Shown here: one piece after another, positions 44,542-54,978 of the stretch
Numbering within the stretch: the first letter of the stretch is position 1
Layout: each line of letters starts with the position of its first letter
Assembly: GCA_002070205.1 (NCBI GenBank)
Contig: MWCU01000023.1
Span: forward strand, 6,671 to 70,670
Source: Firmicutes bacterium ADurb.Bin182
Lineage (GTDB): Bacteria > Bacillota > Clostridia > Christensenellales > CAG-138
Length of the DNA: 64,000 bases
Direction: 5' to 3'
Program-made: the position numbers and the translations under genes
The notes under the pieces: model-generated
What the model was told of the DNA's origin: nothing
What the model saw: the letters and a program-made list of their open reading frames with translations, nothing else
Database searches by the model: none

Positions 44542-45444
44542 ATGTATGACGCAAACCTTTTATGCGACAGGCTTCGTGAACTCAATATCGAAAGAAACGC
44601 TCCCATGCGTTCCTATACCACATTTCGCATCGGCGGAAACGCCGATGTAATGCTGCATCCGGGAAGCTCCTCAGATATAATCAAAGCAATCACAGAAGCT
44701 TTGGCGTGCGGTGCGCCTTACCACGTTATCGGTAACGGCTCTAATCTTCTGGTACGCGACGGAGGAATACGCGCTCTTGTTATACGAATAGGCGAGGATA
44801 TGGCCGGCATCGAGCAGGACGGCCCCGTTTTCCGGGTCGGCGCGGGATGCCTACTTTCATCTTTCGCGAAAGAGACAATAAACAGGGGATTCATGGGAAT
44901 GGAATGGGCCACCGGCATCCCGGGCACGGTTGGCGGAGCCGTCGCCATGAATGCGGGCGCCTACGGCGGCGAGATCAAGCAGGTTTTAAAGAGCGTAAAT
45001 GCCGTTGTCGACCTGAAGCAGGCGGACCTGACGGTAAATGACGCCGATATGGGATACAGACGAAGCGCGTTTTCCGCTCCCGGATGCATCGTCTGTTCCG
45101 CGGTATTCGAATTAAAGCCCGATGACGGGCATGCCGCGGACCGCGAGGCCGAGTACAGGCTGAGGAGAAGGGCGAAGCAGCCGCTCTCATATCCCAGCGC
45201 GGGAAGCGTTTTCAAGCGGCCCGCGGGATATTTCGCAGGCAGCCTTATCGAAAACGCCGGCCTTAAGGGGACGAGGATAGGGGACGCCGAAGTCAGCGAG
45301 CTTCATGCGGGGTTTATAATCAACCGGGGAAAAGCTTCCGCAAAGGATGTTCTTTCTCTAATTGAGCTCGTCAAAATCGCGGTGCGCGAGCACAGCGGAG
45401 TCACGCTTGAACCTGAAATCGTTATTTTAGGCGAGGATGCGTAA
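44542..45444 (+). CDS. murB: UDP-N-acetylenolpyruvoylglucosamine reductase
   Basis: TTFRIGGNAD, GNGSNLLVRDGG, GIPGTVGGAVAMNAGAYG, AGSVFKRP. Confidence 0.9.
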   Translation: MYDANLLCDRLRELNIERNAPMRSYTTFRIGGNADVMLHPGSSSDIIKAITEALACGAPYHVIGNGSNLLVRDGGIRALVIRIGEDMAGIEQDGPVFRVGAGCLLSSFAKETINRGFMGMEWATGIPGTVGGAVAMNAGAYGGEIKQVLKSVNAVVDLKQADLTVNDADMGYRRSAFSAPGCIVCSAVFELKPDDGHAADREAEYRLRRRAKQPLSYPSAGSVFKRPAGYFAGSLIENAGLKGTRIGDAEVSELHAGFIINRGKASAKDVLSLIELVKIAVREHSGVTLEPEIVILGEDA

Positions 45445-45445
45445 T

Positions 45446-46333
45446 ATGTATTTGCTTATCGTTACGGGGCTCTCGGGGGCCGGAAAATCGCAAGCGCTTC
45501 GAAACCTTGAGGACATGGGCTTTTTCTGCGTCGATAACATGCCGGGCGAAATGGCCGGCAGCTTCGTGCAGCTTTGCATGAGGACAGTCCCGCCCATAGA
45601 TAAAGCCGCGCTGGTCATCGACAGCCGCGAAAGCGTATTCAGGCAGGATACCGAAAAAACGCTGCACGCTCTTGACGGCCTGGACGTTAAGTACGAGGTT
45701 TTGTTTCTTGACTGCAGGGACGATGTTCTTGAAATGCGGTATAACGAGACGCGCCGGATGCACCCTATGGGGCACGATATAAGAGAAGCGATACGCATCG
45801 AACGCGAGCTTTTAATGGCCCTTCGCGAGCGCGCGAACTATATAGTCGATACTTCAAAGCTCAAGCCGGTGGAGCTTACGCGCGTGCTTCAAGGAACGCT
45901 GGTCGAAAGCGGGGCGCATCCGTTCATACTTATCTGCTCCAGCTTCGGCTATAAGCGCGGCGTGCCTTTTGAGGCGGACATTGTGCTTGACATGCGCTTT
46001 TCACCCAATCCATTCTATGAGCCCTCTCTTCGTCACCTTTCCGGTTTGGACAAGCCGGTGCGCGATTTCGTGCTTTCCGATCCCAATGTCGTCATGTTTT
46101 TGGACGATGTCACGCGAATGCTCCACAAGCTGATCCCAAGGTTCAAGGAGCAGGGAAAACACAGGCTGATGGTCGCATTCGGCTGCACGGGAGGACGCCA
46201 CAGGTCCGTATGCGCGGCGAGCGAGGTTTACTCAAGGGTAAAAGGAGTGTACCATACGAAGCTTATCCACCGCGATCTGTGTTCGGAAGCGGAGGACATC
46301 AATCAAAGATTTAACGGGAACGGGGCGGACTGA
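45446..46333 (+). CDS. rapZ: RNase adapter / nucleotide-binding protein RapZ (YvcJ)
   Basis: LLIVTGLSGAGKSQALRNLEDMGFFCVDNMP, and GCTGGRHRSV. An alternative start at 45437 overlaps the murB stop. Confidence 0.85.
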   Translation: MYLLIVTGLSGAGKSQALRNLEDMGFFCVDNMPGEMAGSFVQLCMRTVPPIDKAALVIDSRESVFRQDTEKTLHALDGLDVKYEVLFLDCRDDVLEMRYNETRRMHPMGHDIREAIRIERELLMALRERANYIVDTSKLKPVELTRVLQGTLVESGAHPFILICSSFGYKRGVPFEADIVLDMRFSPNPFYEPSLRHLSGLDKPVRDFVLSDPNVVMFLDDVTRMLHKLIPRFKEQGKHRLMVAFGCTGGRHRSVCAASEVYSRVKGVYHTKLIHRDLCSEAEDINQRFNGNGAD

Positions 46334-47281
46334 GTGTCATTTTCCTCCTGCGCCAAGGATGAATTGGTAAAAATCAAATTAAAAACCGGAGAGGAAAAAC
46401 TGGCGGCGCTGTGCGCACTGACCAATACCGCGGGCTCGCTGACTATGGGAAGAAGCGACCGCGTCGGCGTTCAGTTCTCATCCGAAAGCTTTTCGGTCGG
46501 CAAATACATCGCCCAGCTCGCGGGTTCGCTTTACCGGGTGGACGCGTCCATTTCGGTACGCGAGCATAAAAGGCTCAATGCGCGAAGCGCCTTGGTACGG
46601 CTCAGCGGGGGAGATACTCTGAAACTCCTGCTTGATATCGGTGCGCTTATCGCTCAAAACGGCGTCCTTTCTTTCGGAGACTCTGTGCCCGAAAACCTTT
46701 TGAAAAGCGACAGCGCGAGGAGGGCATTCCTTAGGGGAGCGTTTTTGGGCGCGGGCTCCGTCAGCGACCCTTCTCACGGCTATCATCTCGAGATAGTCTG
46801 CCGCAGGGAAAGTTTTGCGGATACTGTTTGTTCACTCATGTGCGAACAGGGAATGAATGCCAAAACCATGCTCCGGAAGAACAGTTTTGTGATATACTTA
46901 AAGGACGGGGAAATGATTTCGGATTTTCTTGCGTTCATCAGCGCCTCGGGCACAACTCTCGAGCTTGAAAATGTCAGGGTCGAAAAGAGCTTGCGCAATT
47001 ATCTGAACCGTACAAATAACTGCGAAATGGCCAATGTGCAAAAAACAATACGCGCAGCGGTTTCGCAGATCGCGGGAATCCAGCTTATCAGAAAAGAACG
47101 GGGCCTTGAATCGCTGCCGCCGCCCCTTAGGCAGGTTGCGGAAGCGAGGCTGAATAACCCCGATGCGTCCCTCGAAATGCTTGCGGATCTTCTGGGAATA
47201 GGAAAATCGGGAGTCAATCACAGGCTTTTAAAGCTTATGAAAATCGCTCAGGAAATCAACATAGAGAGGGGAGGGGTTTGA
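46334..47281 (+). CDS. whiA: DNA-binding protein WhiA
   Basis: SFSSCAKDEL..., degenerate LAGLIDADG-like repeats (FLRGAFLGAGS), and a C-terminal HTH (SGVNHRLLKL). GTG start. Confidence 0.9.
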   Translation: MSFSSCAKDELVKIKLKTGEEKLAALCALTNTAGSLTMGRSDRVGVQFSSESFSVGKYIAQLAGSLYRVDASISVREHKRLNARSALVRLSGGDTLKLLLDIGALIAQNGVLSFGDSVPENLLKSDSARRAFLRGAFLGAGSVSDPSHGYHLEIVCRRESFADTVCSLMCEQGMNAKTMLRKNSFVIYLKDGEMISDFLAFISASGTTLELENVRVEKSLRNYLNRTNNCEMANVQKTIRAAVSQIAGIQLIRKERGLESLPPPLRQVAEARLNNPDASLEMLADLLGIGKSGVNHRLLKLMKIAQEINIERGGV

Positions 47282-47544
47282 TGCTGCATACGGAGCTTAT
47301 ATTAAAAAGCGAAAAGGGTCTTGACGCCGGATTCGCCGCGAAGCTTGCTGACGCGATGAGCGGCTTTTCATCCCGCATCCTTATCGAAAAAAACAATAAA
47401 AAAGTCAACGCCAAATCCGTTATGGGAATTCTGTCTCTCGCTGTCAAGAAGGACGAGCCTGTTCGTTTCATAATCATGGGCGAGGATGAGCAGGAAGCTT
47501 TAAAAGCGCTTTCTTCATTGGCTGAGGGAGGTTTCATCAGTTGA
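47278..47544 (+). CDS. HPr-family protein, Crh-like (lacks the His15 phosphorylation site, retains Ser46)
   Basis: KGLDAGFAA aligns to HPr SGIHARPAT (His to Asp). KKVNAKSVMGILSLAV and GEDEQEALKAL closely parallel B. subtilis Crh. Confidence 0.8.
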   Translation: MMLHTELILKSEKGLDAGFAAKLADAMSGFSSRILIEKNNKKVNAKSVMGILSLAVKKDEPVRFIIMGEDEQEALKALSSLAEGGFIS

Positions 47545-50500
47545 GCCGATTCACGCATTTGCATGTGCATACGCAATACAGCCTCCTGGACGGCGCCGCG
47601 AGGATCCATGACCTGGTCGGGAGAGCGCGCGAGCTTAAAATGGACGCGCTCGCAATCACGGACCACGGGGTGCTCTACGGCGTCATCGATTTTTACAAAG
47701 CCTGCAAAGCGGCCGGAATCAAGCCGATAATCGGGATGGAGGCCTATGTTGCTCCCAAATCCTATCTGGACAGGGATAATATGCGCGATTACGCACACCT
47801 TATCCTTCTTGCGAAAAATGAGACCGGCTATAAAAATTTGATGCGCCTTTCTTCCATCTCTTTCATCGACGGATTTTACTTCAGGCCCCGGATAGATTAC
47901 GATCTGCTGCAAAAGCATTCGGAAGGCCTCATCTGCACTTCCGCGTGCCTTGCAGGCGACATTCCGAGCCTTCTTCTTAATAATAAGGACAGGGAGGCAA
48001 AGGAGCTCGCAAAAAGGCTGTCTTTCATATTCAAAGATGATTTTTATATCGAGCTTCAAAACCACGGGCTCCCCGAGCAAGTAAAGGTGCTGCCCAAGCT
48101 CGATGAACTTGCGAAAGAGCTCGGCATCAAAACCGTCGCGGCAAACGATATCCATTATGTCAACAAAGAGGACGCCCCTGCCCAGGATGCGCTTCTTTGC
48201 ATACAGACAAACCGCTTTGTGGACGAGGAAGACCGCATGAAGATGTCCGCGGACGAATTCTATTTGAAATCCGCGGAAGAGATGCGTGAAGCGCTTTTTG
48301 ATTATCCCGAATCGCTGGAAAGCACGGCCGAGATTGCTGATAAATGCAATGTCGAGATCAGGTTCGGCGAAAGGCACATGCCGGGATTTCAGGCGCCCCC
48401 CGGTCTGACGAACGCTCAGTACTTGCGCAAGCTCTGCTATGAAGGCCTGGAGCGAAAGTTTACGGAGCCGGAGGCTGTTTGTGAGAGGCTCGATTATGAG
48501 CTCGGCGTCGTTGAAAGCATGGGGTTTGTCGATTATTTTTTGATAGTTTGGGATTTTATCCACTACGCAAAAACTCACGGTATCGCCGTGGGTCCCGGCA
48601 GGGGAAGCGGCGCGGGAAGCGTCGCCGCATACTGCCTTGATATAACGGACGTAGACCCTATCAAATATGACCTCCTGTTTGAGCGCTTTCTCAATCCGGA
48701 CAGGATCTCGATGCCGGATTTCGACATTGATTTTTGTTATGAGCGGCGCCAGGAGGTCATCGACTACGTCGTTGAAAAATACGGCGCCGACCATGTTGCC
48801 CAAATAATCACATTTGGTTCAATGGCAGCAAGGGCGGCGATACGGGACGTCGGGCGGGTGCTTCGAATGCCTTACGGCGAAGTGGACCGCATAGCGAAAA
48901 TGATACCCGGCGAACTTAATATCACGATAGCGCGGGCTTTGGAGATATCGACGGAGCTTCGCGACTTATACGACCGGGACGAGCAGGTAAAGAAGCTCAT
49001 CGACCTTGCGCGAAAGCTGGAGGGACTGCCGAGGCATGCTTCCACCCACGCGGCGGGAGTAGTTATCTCGGCGCTGCCAACGGCGGAGCTTGTGCCTCTT
49101 CAAAAAAACGATGAAGCCGTAACGACTCAGTTTCCCATGGGCACGCTCGAGGAACTGGGCCTTCTCAAAATGGACTTTTTGGGTCTTAGAACGCTTACGG
49201 TAATCAGGGATGCTCTGGATTTCATTCGGCAAGGCGGGCATGAAGTTCCGGATTTCAGCAGGATGGAATTTGACGACCCCGGAGTATATGAGCTTATGTC
49301 AAGGGGCGATACCGACGGCGTTTTCCAGTTTGAATCCTCGGGAATGAGGCTTTTCCTGAATCAGCTCAAGCCCGATTGCTTCGAGGATATAATCGCGGGG
49401 ATTTCCCTTTACCGCCCCGGCCCCATGGAGCAGATACCGCGCTATATCGAAGGGAAAAACGATCCCGCGAGCGTTCATTATGAGCATGAACTTCTAAAGC
49501 CCATATTGAAAAAAACCTACGGGTGCATGGTCTATCAGGAACAGGTCATGCAGATAGTGCGCGATCTTGCGGGGTATTCTCTGGGGCGGAGTGACCTTGT
49601 CCGCAGAGCCATGGCAAAGAAGAAGCACGACGTAATGGCGAAGGAAAGGCAGTATTTTATCAGCGGAATCGAGAAGGACGGAAAAGTCATCGTTCCGGGA
49701 GCCCTTAAAAACGGAGTGAGCCGCGCGTCCGCGGAGAGAATATTCGACGAGATGATGGAGTTTGCTTCCTACGCGTTCAACAAGTCGCATGCGGCGGCAT
49801 ACGCGGTTCTCGCTTACCGGACGGCCTATTTGAAGCTCCATTACCCCGTCGAATTCATGACCGCGCTCATAAACAGCTTTCTCGGTTCACCCGAGAAGAT
49901 CGCCGAATATATTTACAGCTGCAATCAGAGCGGCATAAAGATACTTCCTCCCGACATAAACAAAAGCATGCCGAGATTTTCCGTGGAAGGTGAAAATATC
50001 CGCTTCGGGCTCGCGGCTGTGCGCAACGTCGGGGAAGGCGCGATAGGCGACATCGTGAAAGAGCGCGACAAAAACGGACCTTTCACTGATTTTTACGACT
50101 TTTTGCGAAGGTCCGAAAACATCAACAAGCGCATGGTGGAAGGTCTCATAAAATCGGGCTGCTTCGATTGCTTCAAAGTCCGGCGTTCTCAGCTGATGGC
50201 CGTTCATGAAAGCGCCGTCGCATCCGTCGCCAACGACAGAAAAAACCAGGAAGACGGGCAGATATCGCTGTTTGACGTTAAGGATGTACCGGCTTTCGAA
50301 CCGTTGAAAATGGACTTCCCGAACATCAAGGAATACGATACAAAAACGCTGCTTTCAATGGAAAAGGAGGCTCTCGGCGTTTATATAAGCGGGCACCCTC
50401 TGCACGAATACAGGAGCGTTCTTTCCAAAATGAGCGCTTCCGTAATTGACGTCGTTCAGGCGGACGGAAAGGGGAGAATAAAGGACAACGACCGCATAAG

Positions 50501-50984
50501 GCTCGGCGGCCTTGTAACGGGAGTCAAGAAAAAGGCGACGAAATCCGGCAACGGCATGATGGGCTTTGTAACGCTGGAGGACCTTACGGGGTCTATTGAG
50601 CTGACGGTATTCCCCACTGTCCTTCAAAAATTCTCTTCGCTTTTGGAGCAGGACAGCGCGGTGTGCGTAAGCGGCAGAGTGAGCATGCGGGAGGATCAGG
50701 CAAATACAGTTGTTGCGGATGAGGTCGTTCCTCTGTCCTCGGGCATGGTTTCTCAAAAGCTGTATTTAAAGCTCAAGCCGGGAAATGCGACCGTATTGCC
50801 CCGCTTGAAACAGCTTTTGCAGCGATTCCCGGGAAATATTCCCGTTATCATATATGATGAGGAAAGCAACAAAAAGATGCTTGTCCCCAAGGAATACTAT
50901 GTCAACGCGACGAGCGCTTTTCTGGACCTGATGGATGAAATGCTCGGCCGGGAAAACGTAAAGACCGTAGACTCAAAACAATAA
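47541..50984 (+). CDS. dnaE: DNA polymerase III alpha subunit (DnaE type)
   Basis: PHP domain FTHLHVHTQYSLLDG, GRGSGAGSVAAYCL..TDVDP, MPDFDIDF, and a C-terminal OB fold. TTG start. Confidence 0.9.
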   Translation: MSRFTHLHVHTQYSLLDGAARIHDLVGRARELKMDALAITDHGVLYGVIDFYKACKAAGIKPIIGMEAYVAPKSYLDRDNMRDYAHLILLAKNETGYKNLMRLSSISFIDGFYFRPRIDYDLLQKHSEGLICTSACLAGDIPSLLLNNKDREAKELAKRLSFIFKDDFYIELQNHGLPEQVKVLPKLDELAKELGIKTVAANDIHYVNKEDAPAQDALLCIQTNRFVDEEDRMKMSADEFYLKSAEEMREALFDYPESLESTAEIADKCNVEIRFGERHMPGFQAPPGLTNAQYLRKLCYEGLERKFTEPEAVCERLDYELGVVESMGFVDYFLIVWDFIHYAKTHGIAVGPGRGSGAGSVAAYCLDITDVDPIKYDLLFERFLNPDRISMPDFDIDFCYERRQEVIDYVVEKYGADHVAQIITFGSMAARAAIRDVGRVLRMPYGEVDRIAKMIPGELNITIARALEISTELRDLYDRDEQVKKLIDLARKLEGLPRHASTHAAGVVISALPTAELVPLQKNDEAVTTQFPMGTLEELGLLKMDFLGLRTLTVIRDALDFIRQGGHEVPDFSRMEFDDPGVYELMSRGDTDGVFQFESSGMRLFLNQLKPDCFEDIIAGISLYRPGPMEQIPRYIEGKNDPASVHYEHELLKPILKKTYGCMVYQEQVMQIVRDLAGYSLGRSDLVRRAMAKKKHDVMAKERQYFISGIEKDGKVIVPGALKNGVSRASAERIFDEMMEFASYAFNKSHAAAYAVLAYRTAYLKLHYPVEFMTALINSFLGSPEKIAEYIYSCNQSGIKILPPDINKSMPRFSVEGENIRFGLAAVRNVGEGAIGDIVKERDKNGPFTDFYDFLRRSENINKRMVEGLIKSGCFDCFKVRRSQLMAVHESAVASVANDRKNQEDGQISLFDVKDVPAFEPLKMDFPNIKEYDTKTLLSMEKEALGVYISGHPLHEYRSVLSKMSASVIDVVQADGKGRIKDNDRIRLGGLVTGVKKKATKSGNGMMGFVTLEDLTGSIELTVFPTVLQKFSSLLEQDSAVCVSGRVSMREDQANTVVADEVVPLSSGMVSQKLYLKLKPGNATVLPRLKQLLQRFPGNIPVIIYDEESNKKMLVPKEYYVNATSAFLDLMDEMLGRENVKTVDSKQ

Positions 50985-50996
50985 GGATGGTTGCGG

Positions 50997-51959
50997 ATGA
51001 AAAGAATAGGGATATTGACGAGCGGCGGGGACACGCCGGGCATGAACGCTGCCATACGCTCGGTTTTCAAGGAAGGGCTTGCGCGAGGATACGCGGTTAT
51101 GGGGATCTATCACGGATACAAGGGCTTGATAGAAGGCAGCGTCCGGCAGCTTGATCACGGCGATGTTGAAAATATCATGCATAAAGGGGGAACCATACTT
51201 AGAACTGCGCGAAGCGCCGAATTCATGCAGGCGGGCGGAATGCAAAAAGCGCTTGATGTCATTCGGGCTTATAACATGGACGGCCTGGTTGTCGTCGGGG
51301 GCGACGGCAGCTTCAGAGGAGTAAAGGCATTGTCGGACGCGGGCATACGCGCCGTAGGCATTCCCGGCACCATAGATAACGATATGGGATATACGGATTT
51401 CACAATAGGTTTTGACACGGCTATCAACAACGTGATGGCGGAAATCTATAAAATCAGGGATACGATGCTTTCTCACGACCGGGTCGGAATCATCGAAGTG
51501 ATGGGGCGCGCATGCGGAGATATCGCGCTGTGGGCAGGCGTCGCCGCGGCGGCCGATATAATAATAGTGCCCGAGATACCGCTGCCGTGGGAAAAGGTAG
51601 CGGAGCAGCTGACCGTCAACAAAATAAAGGGAAAGAAAACGAGTATAGTAATGATTTCCGAGGGGGCGGGAAAGGCTTCGGATCTCGTGAAATACTTGTG
51701 CGACAATACTGATATCGAAAGCAAATCCGTGGTCCTCGGCTATATACAGCGCGGAGGCAACCCGACCGCGCACGACCGGATAATAGCGGTGAGGATGGGA
51801 GCCAGAGCGGTCGAACTCATCGACGAGGGCAAGACCGGAAGGGCCGTAGGCATCAAGGAAAACCGGGTGATAGATGTTGATATCGCGGAGGCGGTCAGCA
51901 CGCCGGACAGGATTGACGCAAGCCTGTACGCGGTCAACGCAACTTTAGCAAAGTTTTAA
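50997..51959 (+). CDS. pfkA: ATP-dependent 6-phosphofructokinase
   Basis: IGILTSGGDTPGMNAAIR, VVVGGDGSF, IPGTIDND, MGRACGDIAL, LGYIQRGG. Confidence 0.9.
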   Translation: MKRIGILTSGGDTPGMNAAIRSVFKEGLARGYAVMGIYHGYKGLIEGSVRQLDHGDVENIMHKGGTILRTARSAEFMQAGGMQKALDVIRAYNMDGLVVVGGDGSFRGVKALSDAGIRAVGIPGTIDNDMGYTDFTIGFDTAINNVMAEIYKIRDTMLSHDRVGIIEVMGRACGDIALWAGVAAAADIIIVPEIPLPWEKVAEQLTVNKIKGKKTSIVMISEGAGKASDLVKYLCDNTDIESKSVVLGYIQRGGNPTAHDRIIAVRMGARAVELIDEGKTGRAVGIKENRVIDVDIAEAVSTPDRIDASLYAVNATLAKF

Positions 51960-51978
51960 TCGACAGAACGGTGGACAG

Positions 51979-53346
51979 ATGAAGCTTCAGCCGCCCGTAA
52001 AAAAGAACGACGATATCGTTATCGAGATCACGTCCCTCAACTCGCAGGGGCAGGGAGTCGGGAGGTATGAAGATTATGCGGTATTCGTCCCGGGAGCGAT
52101 CCCGGGCGAAAAGGTGCAAGCGCATATAATCAAGGTCAATCAGGGGTACGGCGTCGGAAAGCTTCAAAATATTTTGACTTCTTCCGCCGAAAGGGTCGAT
52201 CCGTTATGCCCGGCATACGGAAGCTGCGGAGGATGCGTTTTGCAGCATATCCGTTACGAGGCGCAGCTGAAATTCAAACGGCAGGCCGTAACGGACGCCC
52301 TCGAGCGTATCGGCGGCTTCAAAGGCATCGGCGTAAACGATACCATCGGCATGAGCAAGCCCTGGTCCTATCGAAATAAAGGCGCTTTCCCCGTCTCATT
52401 CGTAAACGGAAAAATCGAAGCCGGTTTTTTCGCCCCCCGAAGCCACAGGATAATCCCGATAAGCGACTGCTCAATCCAGGATGAATCGGTAATCCTTTGT
52501 GTCAACGCGGTCAGGGACTGGGCAAACGAGTTCGGCATCCGCGCGTATGACGAGCAAACGCAAAAAGGTACACTCCGCCATGTCGTCGCGAGGACGAGCT
52601 CAAACGGAGAGGTGATGGCCGTCGTAGTTACGATGGGCAGCCTGCCCCGCAAGGACGAACTTATAACGATTCTCCGCGAACGGGTCCCGGGGCTTGCTTC
52701 GATAATCCACAATGTCAATTCAAAACAAACCAGCGTGATACTCGGCGAAAAATACACCGTATTATGGGGCAAGGAAAGGCTCGAGGAGCAGATTTGCTCT
52801 TTAAAATTCATGGTCAGCCCCGCCTCCTTTTTGCAGGTGAATCCCGTTCAAACCGAAAAACTGTACGGAACGGCCCTTGAATATGCGGCTCTTACCGGAA
52901 ACGAAACCGTAATCGATATCTACTGCGGCATAGGCACGATAACGCTGCTGCTCGCTCAAAAAGCAAAGACCGTGATCGGAATAGAATACGTGCCCGAGGC
53001 CGTGAAGGACGCGAAAAACAACGCGAACATAAACGGTATCACAAACGCGAAGTTTATTTGCGCAAAGGCGGAAGAAGAACTTCCGCGGCTGGTGAGCGAA
53101 GGTATCCGTCCGGATGTTGCGGTGCTTGACCCGCCGAGAAAAGGCGCGGAGCCGGAACTTCTTCACGCCATAATCGAATCAAAAACTCCCAAAGTCGTTT
53201 ACGTCTCCTGCAATCCGACAACCCTCGCAAGGGACCTTAAAATACTTGCGGAAGGCGGTTATGAGATCAGGAAGGTCCAACCCGTCGATATGTTCCCGCA
53301 CACGGAGCACGTTGAGTGTTGTTGTCTGCTCGCAAAAATAAAATAG
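51979..53346 (+). CDS. 23S rRNA (uracil-5)-methyltransferase, RumA/RlmD family (TRAM, Fe-S and SAM-MTase domains)
   Basis: TRAM N-terminus, Fe-S cysteines CPAYGSCGGC, SAM motif DIYCGIGT, DPPRKG, and VYVSCNP (catalytic Cys). Confidence 0.85.
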   Translation: MKLQPPVKKNDDIVIEITSLNSQGQGVGRYEDYAVFVPGAIPGEKVQAHIIKVNQGYGVGKLQNILTSSAERVDPLCPAYGSCGGCVLQHIRYEAQLKFKRQAVTDALERIGGFKGIGVNDTIGMSKPWSYRNKGAFPVSFVNGKIEAGFFAPRSHRIIPISDCSIQDESVILCVNAVRDWANEFGIRAYDEQTQKGTLRHVVARTSSNGEVMAVVVTMGSLPRKDELITILRERVPGLASIIHNVNSKQTSVILGEKYTVLWGKERLEEQICSLKFMVSPASFLQVNPVQTEKLYGTALEYAALTGNETVIDIYCGIGTITLLLAQKAKTVIGIEYVPEAVKDAKNNANINGITNAKFICAKAEEELPRLVSEGIRPDVAVLDPPRKGAEPELLHAIIESKTPKVVYVSCNPTTLARDLKILAEGGYEIRKVQPVDMFPHTEHVECCCLLAKIK

Positions 53347-53814
53347 CGAGGGCTGAAATAGGCCTGAAATAAAGGAATTTGGGGGGGATGTACCAAGAAA
53401 TCTAATTATGAAACTTGCATTTCTCTTTCGAATAGAGAGGTTTTCCTTTACAAAAAGCGAGTTATAATTACTCTGACATGGGAACGATTGTGTGGGAATA
53501 TATACAAAGCCTAATTTTGCACTATTACATGTCTCTCAAAACGGTTGTTAAGAGTGTTATTTACCGGGGGAAAAAGCGAAAAGTCTTTTTTATCTCAGCA
53601 AGCTAGAATATTATATTTTGGAGTTCTTTCAAAGGCATGTAAAACCAATTATGATAGTTTTCATTTAAGTATATTTACGGAGCACATTTAAATCACTTAC
53701 TACCTGAAGATTACAAAATTCTTATGTTCATTAAGGGCATCTTCGTAATATTCTATCCATCCTTTATCGTTCAAATATAAGCGGTAAAAATGCTTGAGGA
53801 TCCTGTTTTTTAGC

Positions 53815-54960
53815 TTAAAAGTTCCGCCTTTTCATTATTTTTGCGTAAACATCGCATACTGCTGACACAATGGTATCTACTTCGTTTATTGTGTTGTGTC
53901 TTCCATATGAAATACGAATGGCTGACTTTGCTTGTTGCTCAGTTAATCCTAAAGCAAGAAGTACGTGCGATGGCTCGTCTTTACCAGAATTGCAAGCTGA
54001 ACTCGTAGACACACAAACCCCTTTCAAGTCAAGCAAGTGCATAAGTGATTCGCCCGAAACGCCACCAAAGCCAAGATTTATAATACCAGGTAGACTGCAT
54101 TCAGCATCACCATTAACTCTTACAAGGGGTATTTTTTCTTTTATAATATCTACAGTAGCCTCTATCATTATTCTTAATCGCTTTGCTGTCTCAGCCATTT
54201 CAGCGACGCTTTCTTCAAGGGCGTAACCCGCCGCAACGATTGCAGCAACATTCTCCGTTCCGGCACGGAGTCCGCATTCTTGTTCGCCGCCGAACAATAA
54301 TGGCAATAATTTTATTCCTGCTCGCTTGTATAGAATTCCTGTACCTTTCGCTCCATTGAACTTGTGGGCAGAAGCAGTTAAGAAATCGACTTGCAAGTCA
54401 TTAACGTTGACAGGAATATGCCCAACAGCTTGCACGGCATCGGTATGGAACAGAACCCCTTCGCTTTTCAATAATCGCCCGATCTCAGTTATTGGCTGGA
54501 TCGTGCCAATTTCGTTGTTGGCGAGCATAATCGACGCCAGTTTGGTATGCGGCTTGATTGCCTTTTTTACATCATCTACCGAAACCAGCCCCACATTATC
54601 GACAGGGAGGAAAGTAACCTCTATACCGCTCTGTTCAAGAGCGCGGCAAGCATTCAAGACAGAATGGTGTTCGATAGCAGTAGTTATAATGTGTATCGGC
54701 TCGTTGCGGTAGGCTTCGGCCACACTCCGCAACACCCAACTATTTGCTTCAGAACCACCAGAGGTGAATGTGATTTCAGACGGTTCCGCACCGATAGCTG
54801 CTGCAACTTTTTTGCGGGCCTGCTCCACGGCACGTTTGGCTTTTACTCCATGTGAATACTGACTAGAGGCGTTACCATATTGTTCGCGCAGAAACGGAAG
54901 CATCTGCTCGAATGCGCGGTCGGAAATTCGCGTTGTTGCAGCATTATCTGCGTAGATCAC
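53815..54960 (-). CDS. Cysteine desulfurase (class V aminotransferase, NifS/IscS/DndA type); last gene of the BREX-like operon
   Basis: IYADNAATT, TSGGSEANS, SAHKFNGAKGTG (PLP lysine), VSTSSACNSG (catalytic Cys loop). Its start lies 18 nt after the brxL-like stop on the same strand. No IscU/NifU-type scaffold gene follows, only about 470 bp of non-coding DNA. Confidence 0.85.
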   Translation of the reverse strand: MIYADNAATTRISDRAFEQMLPFLREQYGNASSQYSHGVKAKRAVEQARKKVAAAIGAEPSEITFTSGGSEANSWVLRSVAEAYRNEPIHIITTAIEHHSVLNACRALEQSGIEVTFLPVDNVGLVSVDDVKKAIKPHTKLASIMLANNEIGTIQPITEIGRLLKSEGVLFHTDAVQAVGHIPVNVNDLQVDFLTASAHKFNGAKGTGILYKRAGIKLLPLLFGGEQECGLRAGTENVAAIVAAGYALEESVAEMAETAKRLRIMIEATVDIIKEKIPLVRVNGDAECSLPGIINLGFGGVSGESLMHLLDLKGVCVSTSSACNSGKDEPSHVLLALGLTEQQAKSAIRISYGRHNTINEVDTIVSAVCDVYAKIMKRRNF

Positions 54961-54978
54961 GGCAACTGTCTTCCTTTC

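Noticed and set aside
47256-48803. A 515-aa ORF on the minus strand
   Set aside because: It lies entirely antisense to dnaE, whose product has unmistakable PHP and polymerase motifs. Long stop-free antisense frames are expected in GC-rich coding DNA. The translated sequence is low-complexity and Arg/Phe-rich, with no motif.
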